From Mizuhopecten yessoensis (lineage: Eukaryota): a stretch of DNA of 64,000 nt. Below the pieces are notes generated by a model, which saw only the letters and a program-made list of their open reading frames with translations, searched no databases and was not told where the DNA came from. The position numbers and the translations under genes are program-made. The DNA is taken from NCBI RefSeq assembly GCF_002113885.1, contig NW_018480076.1:1066056-1130055 (forward strand), given 5' to 3'. Positions 38,201 to 64,000 of this stretch are shown here, piece after piece. Position 1 is the first letter of the stretch. The number at the start of each line of letters is the position of its first letter.

Positions 38201-40311
38201 TGTATTTTATGCCTCTATCTAATATCACCATTTATTATGTCTCTATGTTATGTCTCTGTAGGTAATGTCACTATTTGTTATGTCTCTGTAGGTAATGTCA
38301 CTATTTGTTATGTCTCTGTAGGTAATGTCACTATTTGTTATGGTCTCTATATGTTATGTCTCTATGTGTACAGCATAACAGTCTTTGGTTACACAAAATC
38401 TTCCTTTTATCTCAGTTGTCAGTCCAGGAAAATATCTCAAAGTTCATTGGAGATATATTAAGAATATTTTTTAGAAAAAGAAGGACATTGAAATATGCTG
38501 GAATTATGAGAGGTGGCAAATGAAATGAAGGGCATTACATCATCACTGTAAATCAAAACACCACACATAGAGTTCCATTGCAGCGTAAAGGAAAACACTA
38601 GGTTCTGGACATCAACACCAGGTACCAATCCCACAGCCCCTGTCTTACATGTCAGATGACTTTAACTACATGGCAAAAGTATTCCCTTATAATATTTTGA
38701 GAGTTTTCTAATATCATTACAGGTACAACTTTATAAGAGCATTTATTGTCCCATTTCTACGTGTACTTATCAAGCCATGTCTCATTGTATTCCAGACATA
38801 CAGCTAATCCCTGCAATGAATTACCTGTTGTTGGTCATACAGAACCTCCTTCATAATGGCAAGTTGTCTGGCTTCTGCATTTGAAATGCTCAGATCTGCT
38901 GCCTTCTTCTCTGAAAAAGAAATAGAATCACAAACATCATTTTAATGGACAATTTAGAGCTAGAATGTGAAAATCAACTTTAAAAGATGAAAACATTCAA
39001 TGATTCATTTCAGAATATCCTCCATAGAAAATAATTCAATAGCTCTAATGTGATGAATTAAAATCATTTAAAACAGTAAGATGATACCAAATTTAACTAC
39101 CCTATTACTCATCTTGGATGTCATCAGAAGGGATTACAAGTTCATCGTCATTCATCAATACTAAGTTTTCAGTTATGTATATATATGACCCACTATCTAG
39201 AGACTAGTAGGCAGTTAAATCACTTAACATCATCTGACATGGTGAATCTTACTACAGTATTTTCATCATAATGTAAATCCTTATATTTCAGTATACCGTA
39301 TTCACCAATCCATTGTAACTTGTGTAATTATTTACTGTACACACTTTTCTGTTGTAGGTCTTTCTGTGTTTGCAGTCGTGTAGCCAGGGCATATTTTGAC
39401 TGGTGAGACACTTTTCTATATACCTAAAAAAGAAAAGAGACGAAAAATACTTGCTTACATTCAGAATATGTACGGTGCAATAAAATGAAATATATAATTA
39501 TCACTTACCGTATTGGTTCTAATAATAGCCCATGTTCTTATCACCCACCTCTTAACTTCATGTGTGATTGATATCATCGATTCCAATAATTGCCTACCTT
39601 CTACTTTCATTTTATTATGCTAAAATAATCGTCTTGGCAATTATTAGAATCAAAACGGTAACATCAATATGTATTCTTTTAAAGACTCAGGAAATCTTTT
39701 TCCTTTTCCTTTTATTTTGTGAATAATTGAAACATTGTATAACTCATTCTGATTTATATTCCTGTCTGGTTAACGTGCTAGCGTAAATTTCTGCCTTCAG
39801 GACAACAACATATTGTACAGATTTTATTTTATATTACACCTACGTCTGTATTTTACAGTAAATTGATTGTACCTCAACCTGTAAAAGGAGAATTGATAAT
39901 TAATTTGACCAACTTACGATTTCATCTGGTGTTGCTTTCAGTGTTGTTAAATCGTTTACAGTGTCCTATAAACATTTTGAAAAAAAAACATTTAGTGATG
40001 GCATAATAATGAAATCACCTTTCATTTTCTTAAAATTGAAAGTGAACCCAAAACAAATTACGCGGTATTGAAAAATTGAAAACTGAAATGCATGCACCTA
40101 GTATACATAAATTTATGTTCAGAGAAATTTCATAGATATTTGTAATTTCTTGTAACTTTTTTAGTCAAATTAAAGACTTAACTGCAATAATTCACAATAT
40201 ACTATCGATAACAGGCACACTCACATCCCAAACAGGTTTTCTTCGAACTGGTCTCTTCTTACGAGGAATTCCTGTAGCTGAATGGGTTCTACGCACTCGA
40301 ACAAAGGACAT
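26281..40311 (-). CDS. SPICE1: Spindle and centriole-associated protein 1 (SPICE1/CCDC52)-like, about 885 aa, 17 coding exons
   Basis: Exons (minus): 40311-40225, 39965-39918, 39423-39345, 38910-38825, 37535-37464, 37085-37030, 35685-35579, 35227-35030, 31548-31373, 31177-31028, 30244-30152, 29636-29544, 29300-29210, 28889-28740, 28159-27183, 26932-26840, 26382-26281 (2658 nt, in frame). The N-terminus MSFVRV..WDDTVNDLTTLKATPDEI, LAIMKEVLYDQ, SKSDKMMASVKDMFGD, GFPNVTAAPD, LIDALTS and AVLLSPP resemble vertebrate SPICE1 as recalled (MSFVRV..WDNTVTDLTVHRATPEDL, GFPNVTVAPD). Confidence 0.88.
26719..26812. mobile_element. TTAA-flanked MITE of about 90 bp (piggyBac-like termini)
   Basis: TTAAACCCTTTCA...TGAAAGAGTTAA. 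A second partial copy lies at 9079. Confidence 0.6.
30425..30756. mobile_element. Decayed Tc1/pogo-type MITE with a tandemly amplified left terminal repeat
   Basis: A TACAGTGAA.CCTGTCT.AA motif recurs 5-6 times at 30428-30590. The inverted partner TTTAGACAAGTTATGCTGTA is at about 30736-30755. Confidence 0.45.
31620..35045 (-). repeat. 3.4 kb minisatellite of 23/30/31-bp units filling SPICE1 intron 8; most units carry a TAG|GTAA donor-like motif
   Basis: Plus-strand units such as CATTACCTATGGAGGTGTGTAGGCTTCCACA, CATTACCTATAGAGGTGTGAGACTGACATT and GTAACCTATAGAGGTGTGAGACT. The array is contiguous with the exon-8 junction CATTACCTAAGGAGGTCTGTAGACTG. Confidence 0.95.
37740..38370 (+). repeat. 30-bp minisatellite (TGTCTCTGTAGGTAATGTCACTATTTGTTA) with interspersed units of about 13 bp, in SPICE1 intron 4
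   Basis: About 12 copies of GTAGGTAAT(G/A)TCAC between 37848 and 38331. Confidence 0.9.
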
Positions 40312-40649
40312 TTTGTTCCCTTACAAGGTCTGAAATTTGAAAATAATGTACATGTTACATATTTAAATTATTCAATTCTTAGTCTATTAAAGACTTACAG
40401 TAAAAGCAGAACTCTTGAATGTGAAAATGTTTGTGTTGTGACTGAGAAATAGTAGTAAAACAAGTCAATGGCCTGAAAGCCATTTTATTTTTTCAATCCA
40501 TCTCAAATTGGCACATGTGTAACTATGACCCAAGGGATCATGCATACTACTTTTCATCCTTAATATTCTCTACTCAGTGTGAATTCGTTTTTGTCCAGTT
40601 TGCATTCATATTGCCTATGAAAGCCATCTGAAAGCATTTTAATATTGAA

Positions 40650-40825
40650 ATGAATCCCAGTGATCCGTTGGCCATGGTGATGTTGGCAATGTTTGTGTTT
40701 TGAATCCCAGTGATCCGTTTGCTATGACGATGTTGGCAATTAATGTTTGTGTTTTGAATCCCAGTGATCCGTTTGCTATGACGATGTTGGTAATTAATGT
40801 TTGTGTTTTGAATCCCAGTGATTTG
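40650..40825. repeat. Tandem repeat of about 54 bp (3+ copies) abutting a LINE remnant
   Basis: TGAATCCCAGTGATCCGTTTGCTATGACGATGTTGGCAATTAATGTTTGTGTTT recurs at about 40651, 40701, 40755 and 40809. Confidence 0.85.
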
Positions 40826-40829
40826 CCCT

Positions 40830-41510
40830 GGTTATGTTGGCATTTTTTGAGTTTAAGTGTAAATCCCAGCTGATGGTAACTCCTGCTGGTCCAGTAGAGT
40901 CTAGACACAGATTTTATATTTGGTTATCATGGTATTTTTCTGGGTTATGATGTGAATGGTGGTGCATTTGTCTGGATTAAACTCCACCTAATATTGTGTC
41001 TTCTTCCTTCCGACTCCTTAGTACTCCATCTTTTGCACAAGTTTCTTGTGTGGCTGGACCTTATCATCAAGTATGGCAAAACCCCTCTCCATCTGATAGG
41101 CTGTCCACAGGTCTTGGGCCCTTGACCCCTTCATATTCAGATTTTCTGTTAATTTTATATAGAATGACAACCCTTTAATAGTTTTGTTATTGACTAAAAA
41201 GGGCTAAAAAAGGGCCCACAGCTCTCAAGTTCCCGGATTTTCCCTGCTTTGTATTGTTTTAATCAATTGTTTCCCAGAAGATCTATATAGGTCTAAATGC
41301 ATTTTGTTTGTTGGCAAGTTTATTTACTTTTGTTATAATTGGCTTTGATATTGGTATGATGTGCTCTAAGATCTTGTATGTATGGTAGCTACAGACGCCG
41401 GACTATAAGTTGCTGCTCCTGCGTGCTTGTCCCCTTTCAAAGATGGGTATTATCACTGCTTTCAATCATCCTGCCTTCATCCAGCGACACTTTGAAGATC
41501 GTGATGATAC
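40830..41510 (-). mobile_element. Highly decayed CR1/L2-type LINE reverse-transcriptase fragment
   Basis: Frameshifted minus-strand translation gives IITIFKVSLDEG..KAVIIPIF..GDKH..NY..LEHII..KQNAFRP..GKQLI and later SWDLHL. These resemble the CR1 RT motifs ANVTPIFKKGDK..NYRPVSLT..LEHII..QHGFR..SCETQL and AWDPH. Confidence 0.6.
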
Positions 41511-42374
41511 TATAGCTCTAATTAATATCAAACTGTCAATCATGTCAAGAGTTACTGGCCAAGGTCGGTGATGTTCTCTGTATTTTTTTCTCTGTGTATA
41601 GCTGTGTGTTTGTAAAGGTTTCTTGCTTTAACTATATATCCTGGGGGCTACAATACTCATATTGTTGGGTGCTGATCGAATGATAGTTTAAATCTAAAAC
41701 CGAACCTAGGTGACTATAGTGCCTATTTTATATAGTGCAGCTCTTGGCATGTGTGTTCACATGTAAGTTAGACCAAATGGACCCAACTTAGACCACCGGT
41801 AGCAATCATGGATATACCGTGGTCTACTGTGACGTTACATGACTCAGGTTAGTTTCTGGTAGGCATAAATATGGCATCTACTGCATCTGTCAAATTTCAG
41901 GTTGAGACATGCTTGTTTGATTCACAACAAAACATAACCCTTCCATTTTTCAGTGAGGCGGTTATTTCGATCCAGTTTCTACACCGTAAATTATGAAAAT
42001 ATAGAGTATGACACTTATTTAAAGTTGTGTGAGTGCCCTTACCTGTCTGGATATTATCGATACACACGATAGAAAGCTCAAAGCGCCCGCCTCCATGGAC
42101 GCCATTCACGTAAGTGTTTTCATTGGTTCCCTATGAAAGGGGACATAAATCGATTTGACCATCGGCTAAAAAAGTTATAGTCTGTTTCATCAAATGGCAT
42201 TGCAGACGACGCAATCGTGACCGCAGGACATACAGTACAATGGCTATATGTAACACTACATTATCAATCAATTCTTACTTATTCAATCTGGGATTGAAAT
42301 ATTTGAACAAAAACTAGCTGATTTTGTGACGATAACGACGTCCCTACCATTAAAGAGGTGTGAGTAGCCGTTAC

Positions 42375-42430
42375 TTGTCACCATAAGTCCGGTTGATAGC
42401 AGACGAATTCCTGACCGCCAAGCTCAATAG
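42375..42430 (-). promoter_or_regulatory. Candidate non-coding first exon of SPICE1
   Basis: The ATG-containing exon begins at an acceptor (exon start 40329). A CpG-containing segment with a minus-strand donor CAA|GTAACG at 42374 is the nearest plausible partner. Confidence 0.3.
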
Positions 42431-43294
42431 ACATTCAAATCTAGTTTGGACATACTATTGTCGTTATATTGGAGACATAATAGTAATTGTTCACTATTAA
42501 ATTTTTACCTTTTTGAGTAACTTATTATTCTTTATATTACCTATTTGTGATCGCATCCCATTTTACTTTTTTTCTTAATTTATTTTCATCACAACACTAG
42601 ATCTATATTTATTAAGAATATTTTAATGTCCTTTTCATTTAATTTACGTTTGTCGCAATAATAGCTCATATTAAAGCGCGTACGTTTCTTGTTTGCGTGT
42701 ATGATACTTTAAAATATAGATTATTGTATCTTGTAAAACAGATAAAATCCCTGAGGTCCTTTGCTGAGTCACAATTAAGCTGTATTGTATATTTATGATA
42801 TAGGAGTTGACTAGTTTGGAAACTGTTGCGGAATCCTAAGATTTCAGAGTAATGCTTTGATTTAGGAGGATCGCAGGGCAGCATAACGGTAAAATGTATT
42901 GGCTTTGATCTCAGAGTAGCTCTTTGTTAATATATATATATATGTTCAACTGTCTATCAATCTTAATTTCAATAAGTCAGTCTCAGGTTTGATATCTGGA
43001 ACTTACTTAACTACTTACCGTGACCCATCGAATATGTCACTGAGAAAATCCAATAGTGCAGCTTTAATATTTAAATCAGTTTCCGAATTAAATACAATTC
43101 AATATTATTTGCTCTTTTTGTAGTTATGGCGTAATTTTGTATGCTAACAGTATGCTGATGTGCTCAGACATGTGCTAGTGTGCTTTACCGTGTGCTTTAC
43201 CGTGTGCTTACAGTGTGCAAATGTGCCTACTTCGTGCTAATAAGCTTTCCATGTGATTAGTTTTGTTTTTATGTGCTGTATGCAAATGCTATAA

Positions 43295-43658
43295 TTGTAC
43301 CTGCTGCCCCCAATTGCATGATCGTAAGAGGCAACTAAATTTGGGACCTTATCTCTTCTCTCCTTTCTAAATAACTTTCTTCTTCCTAATGTCTCCCTTG
43401 ACAATGCCTCACTTTTGGCCATTTGTTGAGCGTTCGCCCATGTGAGGAAGGCTTTTGGTTCTGTCCCCTGGCCGAGACATACCAAAGTCATTAAAAATGG
43501 TAGTTTATACTACTGCTTAACGCTCAGCAAATTAGGAGTGGGACGACTGGTTCGCCCGTTGTCAGTATAATGTGACCGGGTGGGGCGTCCTGCTGGGTGT
43601 CTTCGGCAGNCTTAGCTGTTAATAGGACGTTAAACAAAATCAAACAAACAAACAAACA
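43295..43658 (+). mobile_element. tRNA-derived SINE (bivalve type) with a (CAAA)n tail; contains an ambiguous base
   Basis: GCATGATCGTAAGAGGCAACTAAA block, tRNA-like GAGCGTTCGCC..GGTTCTGTCCCCTGGCCGAG, GTCAGTATAATGTGACCGGGTGGG core and CTTAGCTGTTAATAGGACGTTAAAC(AAAC)n tail. There is an N at 43610. Confidence 0.75.
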
Positions 43659-44459
43659 GAGCTATTGTGTTTATATTACCATTTGCTGGTGTGCTTACCG
43701 TGTACAATGCGCCTATTATGTGCAAAATGCTTTCCAAATGATAAACTCTTTTTCTGTGTTTACAGTATAGTACATGTATGGGTTTTTTTTAATTCATGTT
43801 GTAATGTTTTTGTCCCTGTAATTATACTCATGTTTTTGTCGTATGTTCGTTCAAAGAAAAAAAGAAGAAACGTTCTACACTCTCGACTACAAGCCATTCG
43901 AAGATGTTACAACTAGTACTGGACTTGCCGAGTTCCGCACTTTGGGACGTACTCGTTTTATTGCAATTAAACAAATAAGAATGATTATTTTTTCATCGAA
44001 ATTGTTCTGCATACAGTGACTTCATAAGGCGAATAAAGGAAATTTTCGTTCATGCAATTTCTACCGTAAGTCCTAGCCTGATACCTTCGTTCTTATGCCG
44101 AAACTCCTGTTTAACACTCAAGCTAACCATACAAAAAATTACAGAGAAAAGTATATTGCGCTCTTTCCAATAAAATGTATGTCATTGATGCAATAAATGT
44201 GTTCTAATAGGAAATTGCTACGGAAATATACATATGCAACAACCAAACGTAAATTTTCATTCGAGACAGTCATGAAAAAATGCAGACGGCTGCCAAAGAT
44301 GCAACGTGCTATTTGGGTCATTAGCACAGTCACACGGCATCCTACACATGGGTTGATCGTGTTAAACACTTATCCTTCATTTATTCGAATCGTTTTTGTT
44401 GCTCATCATTGAAAAATCTATTAGGTGATGTATCATTTGTTCACAAATACAACATGACA

Positions 44460-45310
44460 TGTAAATGACCGCTCAGGTCCGACGATCGTGTCACGGTCCT
44501 GACCTCGCTGACGTAATCTTGAAATAGACTATAGCTATTCTTCGTAAACGCCAAGGTCGCGTGGGCTGCGCCGCACTCAGTGCGCGGTGTGACGATAAAG
44601 AATATTACCGATCGACTCTTTGATCTACACTGTGCCACTGTAGGAACGAAAAGTCCCTAAAGCCGGTAAGCAGCGTGGTCGCTCTGCGTAAACAGAGTGT
44701 TAAGTTGTGTATTGCAGCTTGAGGTACTGTGACAGGAGCATTTCTTTATTCAAAGTGGCCTATAAAGGCGGAAAAATGGGATTTATTGGTGCTGGTGTTG
44801 TGTCTTTGTTGATCGTCGGCCGACACTGTTCTGGTCGATCCTTCCATACGTCGAGTCCGTTGTGTTCATAATCGTCTGAAAGTGTTTGTGTATTTTTCAG
44901 AAAGTATGAGTTAAAGAATTATAATAGTTGAGTAAGGGATCATATGATACGACGGATTATGTGTAAATTGTGAATATGAACGTTTAAAATGTCTCTGCTC
45001 ATTGCCAGGATCAAACATGGCCTCGTACTGGTAGTGTCGCTGTACACTCCTTCGATCTTTTACTGTCGCTCGTTTATCTTAAAACTGATATTTTCATTAA
45101 TAATAATCATCATATTTCAGGTATTTTTACGTGTTAAATAGTCAAAGTACCGTGTGAATTTTGAAAAAACGCGAATTACGTCTTATCCCGTACGGGTGTC
45201 GCGTTGTGTTACCGGTGTACCGTATCAGCAGGATATGGAATCAGTGGTGTACTTTGTTTACGTTAATTATGTATTTTATAGGCAAAGTAAAAGTAGATTC
45301 ACGGCCGCGT
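44460..45310 (+). promoter_or_regulatory. Probable Brahma promoter and non-coding first exon (CpG-enriched)
   Basis: Locally CpG-rich relative to the flanks. It has a CRE-like TGACGTAA at about 44508, TATAAA at 44761 and candidate donors at about 44666, 44905 and 44932. The first coding exon starts with an acceptor at 47096, so an upstream UTR exon is needed. Confidence 0.5.
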
Positions 45311-47122
45311 TGCTTTTTCATATCATCGTGAAGCTAAAAAAGTTAACTAGGACAAACCTTTAGTTTATACTTTATTAAGTGTATAAATATACAAGTCTAT
45401 TCAAGGGTAATTATAATTGAATTAATACTTTTAATATATATGCATATTTTTCCTTTGTGATTTTTTTCTATTTTATCATAAGTTGTTATCAGATACTGTC
45501 AACAGTTTCCTTCTCATTACTAAGGTTTTATAAACAATCACTGTGTCCACATTATTGCCATGTACAAAGTAAGTTTAAGTAACCATTAAAATATTGTGAC
45601 TTCATGTTTAACACAATTCAGTCCTTTTATTATACATTCTAGTATGCAGAAAATATCAGTATCCATAGGTGTTATTTAGCCATAGTTGATGCAGAGTATT
45701 CTTAGATTGAAGAATTGGTATTTAAATTATCCTTGCAAGTTACAAAACTAAAAATTCATCTCTATCGTCTGGTTTGATTATGTCAAATATTTAGGGAGTG
45801 TCAATCCATAGCTAGTGATACGTTTAATATAAACTAATACATTTTCAGTTGACTTTGTTTCACTAATCATCAAATTGCATTTAGCAAATTCTGTTTTGGA
45901 TTAAATGATGACATAATCAATGAAATTTTATGTTTTTGTCAAATGAAACTGTAACAACTCCAAGAATACTTCTATCTAACAGGTGATAGGATTATATTTA
46001 CTAGCACAACCTCAATGGTTCACGCAAGCATGGAGGAACCGGTCATTTAATGGAAAATTTGCTTGATCTTTTCAAAAATCTTGTACAAGCAGTGTGGAAA
46101 ATGTTAGAAAAAATTTCATGTCAGTTGCAGAAATGTAAAAAAAACAATCTGAGAAAATTATGATATGTAATAGTCTGGTTCATTATAGCAAACAACATTT
46201 CAGATGAATTGTAAACATCAAAATTTTCTTTGTAAAATTGCTAAATCACTAGTTTAAACCTCTTGTTTACAATTCAAAGATTTGAATTAATGAAAGGAAG
46301 AATGAAAGATTATATAACTGGTATAATAAGTTTAATAACTCTTGTTATGTGTCAATAAATATTCATAAAATACTATAGTTAAATGACATCTCTGAATAAT
46401 TAATGTGGAAATGTACTTTAAACCATGAGTAAGTTTCAGTAAACATGGCCATAACCTGGACCTTGATTTAGCATTAAATATTATAGAAATATACTCCTTA
46501 CATTGCTGTGCCATTATTTTATTTAATAAAGTGTGTTGAACAGTTACTACTGACAGAATAAAAAAGTATAATGAATCTTGCACATATGCAGGGGTGTTAA
46601 ATTCCATCTAATGACTGGTAGATTTTATGTAAAAAAAAAAGAAAATGTGATTAGAAAAAATTTCAAACTCATCATTTCTAATAAACTTTCTATTACTGAA
46701 ACCAACAAATGAAATATACTTACATGTTTATTGAGACATGTGTAAGTAAATCTAAACATATTATCTGACTGACAGGAAGAAAGAATATTGGTTTTAAATG
46801 TACTGGGAAAAAGAGTGACACAAATTTCATGTGGACATTTTTGCGGTGTGAAAATGGGGATTTATATTTAATTTCATGCTTTCTATATAAACATTTCAAA
46901 ATTTCTATATAAACATTTCAAAATTTGCACAGACATTGACAGAATATGAAATAAATACTGCAGAAACTAGCTTTTGCAAAAATCAGCTCCATAAGTGGTC
47001 CAAAGCAAACATTTAGTTGTCCACAGTATGTATATAGATACTCTTCTCTGTAGAAAGAAAATGCTTTCTAAACTTTATTTTTGTATTTCATATTAGGCCA
47101 GGAAGCTTTCATCCTCTGTGGC

Positions 47123-63794
<16,672 letters not shown>

Positions 63795-64000
63795 GTGAGC
63801 TAGTCATCATTAATACCTTCGCCATATTTTTTTTAAAGATTAAGATCAGGCCCAAGTTTTGTCAGGCGTTGTTAGCACCTGAAAAAATATGTCCATGGTC
63901 TCTAACTGATAGTGATCATTTAAATCTAGGACATTTAAAAAACAAAATGAATTGTTAGAGAGTACCTGTCATTTTTCTGTGTCAAAATTATTACAGCTGT

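Noticed and set aside
38168-38461. Cys/Tyr/Val-rich 97-aa ORF
   Set aside because: It is a translation of the intron-4 minisatellite.
39749-39878. Possible extra SPICE1 exon in intron 2
   Set aside because: Candidate acceptors lead to in-frame stops, and exons 39965-39918 and 39423-39345 already join in frame and match the homolog.
42391-42405. RFX X-box-like GTTGATAGCAGAC near the putative SPICE1 first exon
   Set aside because: It is only a partial match to the consensus, and the transcription start site itself is unverified.

Overview
This is AT-rich, intron-rich animal genomic DNA. The repeat families suggest a bivalve mollusc, possibly a scallop (inference). Four conserved genes were reconstructed exon by exon with consistent reading frames. 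EXOSC3/Rrp40 (minus, 4 exons) sits head-to-head with CARM1/PRMT4 (plus, 14 exons) across about 235 bp. SPICE1/CCDC52 (minus, 17 coding exons) and a Brahma/SMARCA2/4 SWI/SNF ATPase (plus, runs off the window end) follow. Introns hold Helentron-associated elements (HINEs) with internal satellite cores, several MITEs, two SINE remnants and a decayed CR1-type LINE. The most unusual signal is repeated tandem 'echoes' seeded by exon ends, found in all four genes: (1) a 3.4 kb array of copies of the SPICE1 exon-8 splice donor; (2) about 10 decayed copies of the EXOSC3 exon-3 end and donor; (3) a 3'UTR minisatellite built from the last EXOSC3 codons and stop; (4) short donor duplications in CARM1 and Brahma. 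A second SPICE1 intronic array is antisense to the exon-8 donor. CARM1 and Brahma are also neighbours in the same orientation, as CARM1 and SMARCA4 are on human 19p13.2. All coordinates were read by eye, and repeat edges are approximate.
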